Shown in pieces: positions 19,970-29,769 of a DNA stretch of 44,096 nt. Position 1 is the stretch's first letter. Every line of letters begins with the position of its first letter. The notes under the pieces were generated by a model. The model saw only the letters and a list, made by a program, of their open reading frames with translations, was not told where the DNA came from and searched no databases. Origin of the DNA: Paludibacteraceae bacterium (lineage in GTDB: Bacteria > Bacillota > Negativicutes > Veillonellales > Dialisteraceae); NCBI GenBank assembly GCA_963597965.1, contig CAVBRV010000001.1:1-44096 (forward strand). Reading direction: 5' to 3'. A program made the position numbers and the translations under genes.

Positions 19970-20533
19970 TCAAACAATCGGTTCTCCGTGATAAATTTCT
20001 CCATCAATATCTGGTTTGCAACCATAGCCGATGGCCCATTCACATTTGTACTTGATGGCCTGGGCGTGGATGTTCTTCACCTTATCAATGGTGCGAATCA
20101 CTTTGCCTGGTACGCCGACAACGAGGGAGTTCGGCGGAATCACCGTACCGCCAAGGACCAAAGCACCGGCAGCGATGATGGATCCGCGACCAATCTTTGC
20201 ACCGTCCAAAATGGTGGCATGCATGCCTACCAACACGTGATCTTCGATTTCACAGGCATGAACAACGGCGCAGTGACCGATGGTGACGTAATCGCCAATG
20301 ATGCAGGGATGTTCGTCAGCTACATGGAGGCAACACAAGTCCTGCACATTGCTGCATTCGCCAATAGAAATATAGTTCACATCGCCGCGAGCCACAACGC
20401 CGGGCCATACGCTGGCATATTTCCCGACCCGCACATCGCCAGAGAGAAAAGCGTTCTGTGCTACAAAAGAATTGGGGTCAATGGTGGGATGTTTTCCTTT
20501 AAATTCAGTACCAGAAAAAGTATACATGGTCAT
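19970..20533 (-). CDS. Gamma-class carbonic anhydrase family protein (YrdA/PaaY-like)
   Basis: RGDVN.I.IG..SNVQD...LH, VTIGH.AVVH and hexapeptide repeats; GGAGG SD. Confidence 0.92.
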   Translation of the reverse strand: MTMYTFSGTEFKGKHPTIDPNSFVAQNAFLSGDVRVGKYASVWPGVVARGDVNYISIGECSNVQDLCCLHVADEHPCIIGDYVTIGHCAVVHACEIEDHVLVGMHATILDGAKIGRGSIIAAGALVLGGTVIPPNSLVVGVPGKVIRTIDKVKNIHAQAIKYKCEWAIGYGCKPDIDGEIYHGEPIV

Positions 20534-20810
20534 TCCTCCTTTTGATAATAGAGTGCGTAATGCGTAGTGCGCAATGCGTAATGTTGGTAGGGCGCATCAA
20601 ATGATATAGCGCCCTTTTTTATAACACAATTTCCTCATTCAACAAATAGATTTTTCACTATCTGTATTCACCTGTATTATACTATACTCTCTCCCATTTT
20701 TCTATGAGAATTTTAGATATTGATGGAAATGCATCTCTTTTTTAGATAGTTCTTAAACTAAGAATTAGAAATTGGAAATCAGGAAATTTGCAACTAGCGC
20801 TTTTAGCATT

Positions 20811-21053
20811 AGCGTCTTGTCTCCCCCGCCGGGGGAGAATAAAAGAGGGGGCAGCTCTAGCGGTATAAAACGCTATGAACATATCAAACAGACTTTGTGC
20901 TGCCCGCTCCTAGCAATAAAGAGAAGGAAATAAGACATTTTACCGCTAGGAGCAGACATTACAATGTCCATTTGTCTTGGCATAGTATTTCATATCGCTA
21001 GTGCCTCCCCCTCTGCCTACGGCAGCTCCCCCCCCGACAGGGGAGCCGAGACG
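20811..21053. repeat. ~240-bp palindromic element, family D
   Basis: GTCTCCCCCGCCGGGGGAGAATAAAAGAGGGGGCAGCTCTAGCG...CGCTAGTGCCTCCCCCTCTGCCTACGGCAGCTCCCC..GGGGAGCCGAGACG; colinear copy at 24828-25068. Confidence 0.85.
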
Positions 21054-21096
21054 TTAATGAAATTTCCGTTGGATGCACTATTTCTCTAATCCCTAG

Positions 21097-21255
21097 GGAA
21101 ACACTGATTTAATCGTTATTTGAAATGATTCTTGAATTTTTATTCAAAGCGAGGAAAGGAAATCCGCGAATAGCGAGCTATTTAAGGATTTTCTTGACGA
21201 TGCTTTGGATAAAAATTCATATCATTTCAAATTCTTTGATTAAATCAGCGTTTCC
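21097..21255. mobile_element. 159-bp MITE-like element, copy 2, with CTAG target duplication
   Basis: 18-bp TIRs GGAAACACTGATTTAATC / GATTAAATCAGCGTTTCC flanked by CTAG on both sides (21093-21096, 21256-21259). Confidence 0.88.
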
Positions 21256-21321
21256 CTAGCTACTAATCCCTATTTTCATAGTTAAAAGTAGGCAGTTAGC
21301 AGTTTGCGGTATTTTCTCTAC

Positions 21322-21514
21322 CGTCATTTCGACCGACGGGATTCGTGCTTGATTCATATAAAGTGTAGTTCAGGTCTATGTTGGACAGAAGTGGAGAAAT
21401 CTTGTGGGAATAGCGATGCTTGGACTATTGTCACAAGATTTCTCCACTTTTGTCTCACATAGTCGCTTGGTTCTGCAGAACCATCAAGCACAAATCCCAT
21501 CGGTCGAAATGACG
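21322..21514. repeat. Family-B ~193-bp palindromic element
   Basis: Same arms as 7619-7811, 27924-28117 and 34025-34216. Confidence 0.9.
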
Positions 21515-21684
21515 GCAATCAAAAAGGCTATAGAAGGCAATCCCGAAATGTATATAACCTTCTATAACCTTTATAACCTTGTACTAAGCGTTGTATCCTA
21601 CTTGTTAGAAAGCAGTGCTCATAGAGTATAACCTTTTTTAACAAGCGGATGAATCCATTTGTTAGACAGCAGCACTCAAAGAAA

Positions 21685-22965
21685 TTATTTCTCCACTTTC
21701 GCCGTATTTTCCTTCAGCCCCGGGAAATCGAGGGTCGCGAAGAGGTCGGACAGTGTTTCATTTCTACGAATCTGCTGGATGGTGCCGTCTGCGTGAACCA
21801 TGATTTCTTGGTGGCGGAGGCGACCGTTGTAATTGTACCCCATGCTGTGACCGTGCGCGCCGGTGTCGTGAATGACGATAAGATCCCCCATTTCAATTTC
21901 CGGGAGTGCTCTCTGGATAGCAAATTTATCACAATTTTCACAGAGGGAGCCGGTCACGTCATAAACGTGGTCTTTCGGTGCATCCGCTTTGCCCAGCACC
22001 GTGATGTGATGGTAAGCGCCGTACATGCCAGGGCGCATCAGGTCGGCCATGCAGGCGTCGGTGCCGATGTAGTCTCTATAAATGTGTTTGTAATGGATGG
22101 CTTTGGTCACCAGGAATCCGTAGGGGCCAGTCACCATGCGTCCGCATTCAAAGGAAATACGGGTGTGGTCGAAACCTTTGCCAGCCATTTTTTCTTCGTA
22201 CAATTTCCTTGCGCCTTCGCCCAGGCCTTCTAGGTCTACGGGATCCTGTTCAGGACGATATGGAATGCCGATGCCGCCGCCGAAATCGATGAAGGAAACG
22301 GTGACGCCTTTTTCCTGCTGGATTTCATTGGCTAGGTCAAACATCATGCTGATAGTACCCAAGAGGCCAGGCAGTGCCAGTTCAGCGGAAATAACCATGG
22401 TGTGAATACCGATATAGGAAATGCCTTTTTCTTTGGCCCAGTCCACACATTTCATGAGCTGTTCACGGGTCATGCCGTACTTCGCTTCTTCTGGTTTGCC
22501 GATAATCGCATTGCCGCGAGCCATGTCGGGGCCGGGGTTGTAACGGAAGCAGATTTTTTCTGGCACCATATGGAGACGTTCCATGTCGTCCAGGTTGGAA
22601 ATATCGTCCAAGTTCATGATAGCTCCCAGTTCGTAGGCCTTTTTAAATTCTTCATCTGGCGTATCGTTGGAAGAGAAAACGATGTCATCGCCAGTGATGC
22701 CCACCGTTTCAGACAGAACCAGTTCGGCCATGGAGCTGCAATCAGAACCTACATTCAAAGTTTTCAAGCTCTTCATGATCCAGGGATTCGGGGTGGCTTT
22801 CACAGCGAAGTATTCATGGAAATTGGGATTCCAGGAAAATGCTTTCTGGAGACGTTTCATGTTGTCCAAAATGCCTTTTTCATCGTAAATATGGAACGGT
22901 GTGCCATAAGTCTTGGCCACCTGGCGAATCAGTTCATCACTGAATGGAATTTTCTTTTCGTTCAT
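21685..22965 (-). CDS. lysA: Diaminopimelate decarboxylase
   Basis: TPFHIYDE, YFAVKA PLP lysine, DFGGGIG, ECGR, RPGMYGAYH, VTGSLCENCD and DTGAHG.SM.YNYN motifs. Confidence 0.92.
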   Translation of the reverse strand: MNEKKIPFSDELIRQVAKTYGTPFHIYDEKGILDNMKRLQKAFSWNPNFHEYFAVKATPNPWIMKSLKTLNVGSDCSSMAELVLSETVGITGDDIVFSSNDTPDEEFKKAYELGAIMNLDDISNLDDMERLHMVPEKICFRYNPGPDMARGNAIIGKPEEAKYGMTREQLMKCVDWAKEKGISYIGIHTMVISAELALPGLLGTISMMFDLANEIQQEKGVTVSFIDFGGGIGIPYRPEQDPVDLEGLGEGARKLYEEKMAGKGFDHTRISFECGRMVTGPYGFLVTKAIHYKHIYRDYIGTDACMADLMRPGMYGAYHHITVLGKADAPKDHVYDVTGSLCENCDKFAIQRALPEIEMGDLIVIHDTGAHGHSMGYNYNGRLRHQEIMVHADGTIQQIRRNETLSDLFATLDFPGLKENTAKVEK

Positions 22966-22996
22966 TAATTGTTTCCTTCTTTCTGGGGAAATTTTG

Positions 22997-23076
22997 GTAG
23001 CTGGTGACTGGTGACTAGTGACTGGGATTATAATCTCCTAGTCCACCAGTCACTAGTCACCAGTCACCAGTCACTA
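22997..23076. repeat. Inverted heptamer pair (GTGACTR family) in the lysA leader
   Basis: GGTAGCTGGTGACTGGTGACTAGTGACTGG...CTAGTCCACCAGTCACTAGTCACCAGTCACCAGTCACTA. Confidence 0.9.
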
Positions 23077-23147
23077 ATTTCCCGAATATATCGTGATTGT
23101 TAGATGTTTCATTATAACATGGGAGAATCGGGATGACTAGCCTATTT

Positions 23148-23480
23148 TAGTTAGAAGTGAGAAGTTAGAAGTGAGAAATGGTGGTGGCGGCGCACAAATT
23201 ATAAAGCGCCGCTTATTATTAAGGTTAATATTCTGCTGATTTCTGTATCAAACATGGATATGTATATCATACAGTCAAGGTTATAGAGGTTATTATTAGG
23301 TTATGTGATTCCGATAATCTCATAACCCTTTATAACCTTTGTAACCCTGGTATATAAGGTATGTTCTGTTTGTTAGAAAAAAGTATTCTGCAGAATAATA
23401 ACCTTACATCATCTGGGGCGCTATATAATTTGATGCGCCCCTTCCACCATTTCTCACTTCTAACTTCTCACTTCTAACTG
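23148..23480. repeat. REPIN-like doublet with (TTAGAAG/TGAGAAG)n tails
   Basis: GTGGCGGCGCACAAATTATAAAGCGCCGC (23184-23212) and GGGGCGCTATATAATTTGATGCGCCCC (23415-23441) around a GGTTAT/ATAACC core. Confidence 0.82.
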
Positions 23481-23484
23481 CATA

Positions 23485-23520
23485 AAAAGGGTGTGAAAGC
23501 CAAGAGCCTCCACACCCTTT
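23485..23520 (-). terminator. Terminator of binding-protein gene 1
   Basis: AAAAGGGTGTG-loop-CACACCCTTT just downstream of the stop. Confidence 0.7.
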
Positions 23521-23533
23521 ACTTGCCAAAGAG

Positions 23534-24397
23534 TTATTTATTATCCGCGTTTGAAACGGCCTTCTTGCTGTATTCTTCGGTCCATTTCTTGAAATTGCCG
23601 TTGTCCGTGTTTTCTTTGATCACTTCATTGACTACAGCCAGCACGTCTTCATTGCCTTTCTGGATAGCGGCAGCGGAGTTTTTCACCGCATTCGGGAATT
23701 TGATGTCCGAGAACATAAGGTCATCATTAAAAATGACATATTGCTGTCCCACGATGCCTTCCACCACCAGGCCATCCACTTTGCCGTGTTTCAGTTCCAA
23801 AACCACTTCCGGCACGTGAGCCAAGCCAACGATTTTCGCATCTTTGATTTGTTCTTTTGCCAGGGCTTCCTGGGTGGTGGATTTCTGAACGCCGATGGTC
23901 TTGCCATAGAGGTCTTCCACTTTCTTGTATTTGTCAGCGTCCTCTTTTCTTATGATCACCATCTGTTCCGTAGGAAGGTAGTTATCAGAGAAATCCATGG
24001 TCTTTCTCCGTTCGTCCGTGGGGTTGATGCCAGCGATAGCCAGATCCACTTTGCCACTAGTGAGGGAGGTCAGGAGGGCCTGGAAATTCATGTCCTGGAT
24101 TTCCAGTTTCACGCCCAATTTATCCGCTACTTTCTGGGCCAGTTCCATATCGATGCCGATGACTTTCTTCTCTCCTACAGATGTATCGACGAATTCATAT
24201 GGCGGGTACCCGGAAGCGGTGCCGACTACCAATTTGCCGTCTTTTTTAATCTTTTGCATCAGCGGACTTTCTTTCTGTGTATTCGCCTGGGAAGAAGCAG
24301 CGGGTTTGCTATCTCCTCCGCATCCTGCCAATGTAAAAGCAGCGGCTGCTGCCATGCCTAATGCTGCGAGTTTGAAAAGTTTGCTATGTTTGATCAT
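23534..24397 (-). CDS. Polar amino acid ABC substrate-binding lipoprotein (SBP_bac_3), paralog 1
   Basis: LAGC lipobox, GTASGYPPYEF, GIDMELA and GINPTDER..TMDFS motifs; start at MIKHS behind AAGGAG. Confidence 0.92.
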   Translation of the reverse strand: MIKHSKLFKLAALGMAAAAAFTLAGCGGDSKPAASSQANTQKESPLMQKIKKDGKLVVGTASGYPPYEFVDTSVGEKKVIGIDMELAQKVADKLGVKLEIQDMNFQALLTSLTSGKVDLAIAGINPTDERRKTMDFSDNYLPTEQMVIIRKEDADKYKKVEDLYGKTIGVQKSTTQEALAKEQIKDAKIVGLAHVPEVVLELKHGKVDGLVVEGIVGQQYVIFNDDLMFSDIKFPNAVKNSAAAIQKGNEDVLAVVNEVIKENTDNGNFKKWTEEYSKKAVSNADNK

Positions 24398-24419
24398 GTG
24401 TATGCACTCCTTCTTGGAT

Positions 24420-24549
24420 AGGGTTCTATAGGTTCTAAGGGTTCTCAAGGTTCTAAAGGTTTCTCGAATGTGCCAACCAACAATTAGCATCTATTAGCTC
24501 CTTCGAGAACCCTTAGTACCCTTAGTACCTTTAGAACCTTAAGCACCTT
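24420..24549. repeat. Family-E hairpin element (opposite orientation) in the 5' UTR of paralog 1
   Basis: (GGTTCTAAG)n-TTTCTCGAATGTGCC...GCTCCTTCGAGAA-(CCCTTAGTA)n. Confidence 0.85.
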
Positions 24550-24617
24550 GTAAGCCTTTGTGAAATCATAGAATTGTCTCATCATTCCGATTCACGCTTC
24601 GTTTTTTGTATGCATAG

Positions 24618-24646
24618 ATAATAGCATTTTTATGCAAGTTTGTCAA
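24618..24646 (-). promoter_or_regulatory. Sigma-A promoter of paralog 1 with an ARG-box-like site in the spacer
   Basis: Minus strand TTGACA-17bp-TATTAT; AGCATTTTTATGCA at 24623-24636. Confidence 0.7.
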
Positions 24647-24827
24647 TAAATATTCTTTATCTAGTTGGCGGTATGCAGTCGGCAGTTGGCAGTGATATTG
24701 TATTTTATTCGATATGAGATACATTTTATGTGATGCCAGCCGATGAATTTTGTGTATATTCATTCAGGAAATTAGGGTTTAGGGTTTGGGGTTTGGGAAA
24801 ATTGACGATATACGCAAGTAGCACTAG

Positions 24828-25068
24828 CGCCTCGTCTCCCCCGTCGGGGGAGAATAAAAGAGGGGGCTGCTCTAGCGACATAAAACGCTATGAACACATC
24901 AAGCGAACTTTATGTTACCCGCCCCCTGCGATAAAAAGCGAAAAAATAATCCTTTTCATCGCTAGAAGCGGGCAGCACCAAGTTCGCTTGATGTGTTCAT
25001 TGCGTTTCATATCGCTAGTGCAGCCCCCTCTGCCTACGGCAGCTCCCCCGACAGGGGAGCCAAGACGC
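24828..25068. repeat. Family-D element, followed by a half family-B element (25118-25195); the pair is bracketed by TTAGGG/CCCTAA-type arrays
   Basis: Colinear with 20811-21053. Confidence 0.85.
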
Positions 25069-25352
25069 TAGTCATGCTTTCGCCTCCGTCATTAAGCCCT
25101 TACCGCTACTGCTTCTGAGATTTCTCCACTCAGGGACACAAATCATTTCATTTCTTTTATGTCATCAAGCACAAATACGCCCGGTCGAAATGACGATTTT
25201 GGTTAGTGCCACTATTTCCTAATTTCTAGCTACTAATCCCTAATTCCTTAAATAACAAAAGAGGCATGAACGACTATTTCCATAACCTTTCATGCCTCCA
25301 TATTGCCATGTCATTATGTTATACAAAATATGTGATAATTTCTGCAGAGATA

Positions 25353-25483
25353 AAAGTTTCTCAGGTTACTCAAGATTTTCAGGTCTCTCACGTTTCTCGA
25401 ATGAGCTAATAACGCTTGCAACGATCGGCACGTTCGAGAAACCTTAGAACCTTGAGAACCCTTAGAAACCTGAGCAACCTGTA
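25353..25483. repeat. Family-E hairpin element
   Basis: TTTCTCGAATGAGC...GGCACGTTCGAGAAA core with 9-mer arms. Confidence 0.85.
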
Positions 25484-25532
25484 TCTCTGCAGGATTCAAC
25501 GTATGTATCACATATTTTAAAACTGCTACCGG

Positions 25533-26378
25533 CTATTTTGCCTTTTCCACAGCGATCTTGCTGTATTCATCCACCCATTTCTCAAACTGGCCAGATTCGG
25601 TGTCCTGTTTAATGACTTCATTGACAATCTTCATCACATCATCATTCCCCTGTTTCATAGCCACAGCGGAGACCTTCTTTGCCCCTTCAAACTGTACATC
25701 GGCCAAAGCCAGGTCATCATTAAATATCAAGTACTGTTTCGCTACGACCCCTTCCAGCACGATGCCGTCCAGTTTTTCATTTTTCAGCTGAAGGATAGCA
25801 TCCGGCACGCTGGAGAGGCCCATGGCACTGGCTCCTTCCACTTTCTGAGCAGTCGCTTCCTGGGTGGTGGATTTTTCTGCGCCCAAGGTCTTTCCTTTCA
25901 GGTCAGCCGCAGTCTTGAATACGTGCTGGTTCTTTTTCAAAACGAGCAGTTTCTGTTCTGTCGGAAGATAGAGGTCAGAGAAAGCCATCACTTTTTCTCT
26001 TTCCGGTGTCGGAGATACGCCGCCGACCGCAATATCTACTTTCCCAGCGGTCACGGAAGAAAGGAGAGCAGAGAATCCCATGTCCTGTACTTCCATAGGA
26101 ACGCCCAATTTTTCGGCGATCTGTTTGCACATTTCAATATCCAAACCAATGACCTGTTTATCCGCAGATGTAGCATCGACGAATACATAAGGAGGATAGC
26201 CAGAAGAGGTGCCGACGATGAGCTTGCCTCTTTTCTTGATCGTTTCCATCAGCGCACTCTGGCCCTGCTGACCAGAAGCGGCCGGTGCTTCTGCTTTCTT
26301 ATCATCGCCGCAGCCAGCCATAGCCAATGCGGATGCAGCGGCCAATCCGAGCAGTGCGAATTTTATGGATTTCTTCAT
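25533..26378 (-). CDS. Polar amino acid ABC substrate-binding lipoprotein, paralog 2
   Basis: MAGC lipobox, GTSSGYPPYVF and GVSPTPER motifs; start at MKKSIK behind GAGG. Confidence 0.92.
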   Translation of the reverse strand: MKKSIKFALLGLAAASALAMAGCGDDKKAEAPAASGQQGQSALMETIKKRGKLIVGTSSGYPPYVFVDATSADKQVIGLDIEMCKQIAEKLGVPMEVQDMGFSALLSSVTAGKVDIAVGGVSPTPEREKVMAFSDLYLPTEQKLLVLKKNQHVFKTAADLKGKTLGAEKSTTQEATAQKVEGASAMGLSSVPDAILQLKNEKLDGIVLEGVVAKQYLIFNDDLALADVQFEGAKKVSAVAMKQGNDDVMKIVNEVIKQDTESGQFEKWVDEYSKIAVEKAK

Positions 26379-26532
26379 GTTAAAAACCTCGTTTCCTGTA
26401 ACTAGTGTAGTGACTGTACCATGATTCATGACGAAATGCCTGTGTGCTTCCTGCTGTTGGTTGTTGGTTGTTAGTTGTTGGTTGTTTGGATCCAACAACC
26501 TAAGACAAACATTTTTCTCGTTTATCGAATCA

Positions 26533-26601
26533 TGAATAGATATGCAATCACTAGAATAAATAACTGATTGAATAGTAGCATGGTGGAAATAGGGTTGTCA
26601 A
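26533..26601 (-). promoter_or_regulatory. Promoter of paralog 2 with a downstream ARG-box-like site
   Basis: Minus strand TTGACA-18bp-TACTAT (26601 to 26572); TGAATAGATATGCA at 26533-26546. Confidence 0.65.
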
Positions 26602-26898
26602 GAAAGACGATAGAGTCACTTGGCATGCTTTCGCTATTTGCTAAAAGGTTATAATTTTCTGATTTCGACTATCTCAATGAGCATGACTTCTATAGGAAAA
26701 GGGTTATAAAAGGTTATACCATTTTCATGAATAACCCTTCATAACCCCTTTGCTATGGTCTTTTCTTTAATTGTCTCAAAATGTGCTTGGAAAAATCATA
26801 ACCTTTATCCTAGCGGAATTATTTCTATTGTGATAAACGTTTCTCTGCAGAATTATAACCTTTCCCTATATCAAATCTTACTATTTGCCGCTACCAGA

Positions 26899-27753
26899 TC
26901 ACTTGGTAGCATTCTCCACCGCCTTCTTCGTCATTTCGTCCACCCACTTATCGATGTTGCCATTTTCTTTGTTTTCTTTGATGACTTCATTGATGAGCTG
27001 GATCACGTCATCGCTGCCTTTCGGGACAGCCACAGCAGAGCCCTGGGTATCAATCTGGAAATAGACTTCCGTCGGTGCCAGGTCGGGATTGGTCACCAAG
27101 TACTGGCCGCCTACGATGCTCTGGACTGGTACGGCATCCACTTTGCCCTGTTTCAATTCCATCAGCGCATCTGGTACTTTTGCCAATGCCACCACTTGCG
27201 CGTCTTTGATTTGTTCATTGGTCAATTTCTCCTGGAGCGTGGATTTCTGGAGAGCAATTTTCTTCCCATTGAAATCAGCCAGGGTTTTATATTTCCCGGC
27301 ATCTTCTTTCCGAACCAGCAAGGTCTGCTTCCCCACCAGGTAACTATCGGAGAAATCAACGGTCTGCTTTCTTTCATCTGTCGGCGTGATGGCGGAAATC
27401 GCAATGTCCACTTTCCCAGTGGTGATAGAAGAAAGCAAGGACTGGAATGTCATGTCCTGCACTTCCAGCTTGACACCCAATTTCCTTGCCACCGCTTCTG
27501 CCACTTTCACGTCGATGCCGGTGATCACTTTCTTATCCTTCACCGAGGTATCAAGAAATTCATAAGGCGGGAATCCTGGCGCTGTGCCGACCACCAGTTT
27601 GCCTTCTTTCTTAATTTTCTGCATCAAAGCACTCTGCCCCGCCTGGGCAGAAGAAGCCGCCGGTTCTGCTTTCTTGTCGTCCCCACAACCAGCCAAAGCG
27701 AATGCACTGGCAGCGGCCAGTCCTAAGATGGCGAATTTCAACATTTTCTTCAT
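26899..27753 (-). CDS. Polar amino acid ABC substrate-binding lipoprotein, paralog 3
   Basis: LAGC lipobox, GTAPGFPPYEF and AITPTDERKQTVDFSDSY motifs. Confidence 0.92.
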   Translation of the reverse strand: MKKMLKFAILGLAAASAFALAGCGDDKKAEPAASSAQAGQSALMQKIKKEGKLVVGTAPGFPPYEFLDTSVKDKKVITGIDVKVAEAVARKLGVKLEVQDMTFQSLLSSITTGKVDIAISAITPTDERKQTVDFSDSYLVGKQTLLVRKEDAGKYKTLADFNGKKIALQKSTLQEKLTNEQIKDAQVVALAKVPDALMELKQGKVDAVPVQSIVGGQYLVTNPDLAPTEVYFQIDTQGSAVAVPKGSDDVIQLINEVIKENKENGNIDKWVDEMTKKAVENATK

Positions 27754-27802
27754 AATAGAATACCCCTTCTCTGTATAGAAAATACATTTTATTCAATCAA
27801 TT

Positions 27803-27848
27803 TGAATTTTTATGTAGATAATATACATCTTTGGGAATAAAAATGCAA
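27803..27848 (-). promoter_or_regulatory. ARG-box-like sites overlapping the putative promoter of paralog 3
   Basis: TGAATTTTTATGTA (27803-27816) and GGAATAAAAATGCA (27834-27847); minus strand TTGCAT-17bp-TATATT. Confidence 0.55.
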
Positions 27849-27923
27849 GAGGGAAATGTTGTTGGTTGTTGGTTGTTAGTTGTTGGTCCCCAATCATTCA
27901 AAAAATAGCGGTATCACACCTAT

Positions 27924-28117
27924 CGTCATTTCGACCGATGGGATTAGTGCTTGTTGAATCTACGGTGTAGTTCAGGTCTATGTTGGACAGAAGTGGAGAA
28001 ATCTTGAGACACTAGCGAGACTTTTCGTTAGTGTCTCAAGATTTCTCCACTTTTGTCTCACATAGTCGCTTGGCTCTAATGCGTCATCAAGCACAAATCC
28101 CATCGGTCGAAATGACG
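27924..28117. repeat. Family-B element nested within TAGCGGTA/TACCGCTA and GTTGTTR arrays
   Basis: CGTCATTTCGACCGATGGGATT...AATCCCATCGGTCGAAATGACG. Confidence 0.9.
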
Positions 28118-28398
28118 ATAGATTTTTATACCGCTATCTAAAACATAAAAACCGGTTAGTCATTGTTACTGGTTGTTAGTTGTTAGTTGTCTGGGACCAA
28201 ACAACCGACAACCAACAACTAACAACTAACAAAAAATAAGCAGTAGTGGTTACTGCTAACCGCCTACTGCCTACTTACAACTTGGTAGCTAGTGACTGGT
28301 GACTAGTGACTAGAAGAAATGTAATTCCAGTCACTAGTCTACCAGTCACCAATGCTGGTTCTTTTCGCTGATAATGATATACCAACAGTGTATGAAAT

Positions 28399-29769
28399 TT
28401 ACCGATTCACTTTTTCTACCAATGTGACAATTTCCGTTTTCTTCTCTTCCAACAATTCCCGATCCCCCCTCGTCTCCATATTGAACCGGATAAGCGGTTC
28501 CGTATTGGACGGGCGGAGGTTGAAACGCCAATTCGTAAATTCCAGTCCCACACCATCGATGTCATCGATACGGGTGGCTTTGGGCGCATAGGTTTCTTTC
28601 ACGATACGCAGTGTTTCCTGTACGTTTTTCGCAGGCAAATTGATTTCGCCGCTGCAGGGAAATTTGTTTTCCATGTCCGCTACCAATTCGCCTAGATGTT
28701 TTCCTTTTTCACTCATGATTTGCGCCACGATGAGCCAAGGAATCATACCGGAATCACAATAGGAAAATTCACGGAAGAAATGATGGGCACTATTTTCGGC
28801 ACCGTAAATGCCTTGTACCCGGCGCATGGTTTCTTTCATGAACGCATGGCCCCCTTTGGATTCCACCGGATGACCACCCAGGTCATGGCAAATCTTTTGG
28901 GTGCACCAGAAAACCCGCGGGTCATGGATGATGGTTTCTCCGGGATGCTGTTTCAGGAAATATTCCGCCAAGAGGCCCACCATGTAGTAGCCTTCTACGA
29001 ATTTCCCTTTTTCATCGATGAAGAAGCAACGGTCGAAATCGCCGTCCCAGGAAATCCCCAAATCTGCTTTTTCCCGAAGTACCGCTTCCACCAAAGGTTT
29101 CCGGCATTCTTCCAGCATGGGATTGGGTACACCGTGAGGGAAACTGCCGTCTGGATTCATGTAGAGTTCGGTGAAAGTAAAGGGCAAATGTCTCTTCAAT
29201 TCTTTGAAAACCACATTGGCGCAGCCGTTGCCGGCGTCCACCACGATGTGGAAAGGCTTCATTTTCGTCACGTCCACAAAGGACAAAACGGATTGGATGT
29301 AATCGTCCAAAATGTCTTTGGTATGACGCTGGCCCTTCCTATTTCCTTCAAAAAAATTTCCAGAGAACGCCAAGGCTTCGATGCCTTTCAGCCCTGTATC
29401 GGCGGAAACGGGCACACCTCCTTGCCGCACAATTTTGATACCGTTGTAATTGGAGGGATTGTGGCTGGCGGTGATCATCATGCCCCCATCCATGCCATAG
29501 TGGAAGGTGCCGAAATACATCATTTCCGTGCCGCAAAGGCCGATGTCGTACACATCGCTGCCGCTATCCATGAGGCCCTGCATCACCGCTTCCGCGATGG
29601 CCTTAGAACTGGGGCGGACGTCGTAGCCGACGCACATGGTTTTCGGGTGGTACAAATCGCCATAAGCCCGGCCCACGCGGTACGCCAAATCTTCATTCAC
29701 TTCGGTAGGCACCACGCCGCGGATGTCGTAGGCTTTGAATCCACCGTGAGAAAGCGCAAGGGGTTCCAT
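28399..29769 (-). CDS. Phosphomannomutase/phosphoglucomutase (ManB/CpsG-like)
   Basis: FKAYDIRG, ITASHNP..YNG.K, DGDFDR, GAENSAH and RPSNTEP motifs; ATG overlaps the yerC stop. Confidence 0.93.
   Translation of the reverse strand: MEPLALSHGGFKAYDIRGVVPTEVNEDLAYRVGRAYGDLYHPKTMCVGYDVRPSSKAIAEAVMQGLMDSGSDVYDIGLCGTEMMYFGTFHYGMDGGMMITASHNPSNYNGIKIVRQGGVPVSADTGLKGIEALAFSGNFFEGNRKGQRHTKDILDDYIQSVLSFVDVTKMKPFHIVVDAGNGCANVVFKELKRHLPFTFTELYMNPDGSFPHGVPNPMLEECRKPLVEAVLREKADLGISWDGDFDRCFFIDEKGKFVEGYYMVGLLAEYFLKQHPGETIIHDPRVFWCTQKICHDLGGHPVESKGGHAFMKETMRRVQGIYGAENSAHHFFREFSYCDSGMIPWLIVAQIMSEKGKHLGELVADMENKFPCSGEINLPAKNVQETLRIVKETYAPKATRIDDIDGVGLEFTNWRFNLRPSNTEPLIRFNMETRGDRELLEEKKTEIVTLVEKVNR

Noticed and set aside
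22966..23150. Lysine riboswitch upstream of lysA
   Set aside because: The leader is short and occupied by a heptamer pair; no L-box consensus seen
24771..24797. Telomere-like TTAGGGTTTAGGGTTTGGGGTTTGGG / G-quadruplex motif
   Set aside because: It fits the G4 pattern, but it is a single short instance best explained as one more TRG-anchored heptamer array
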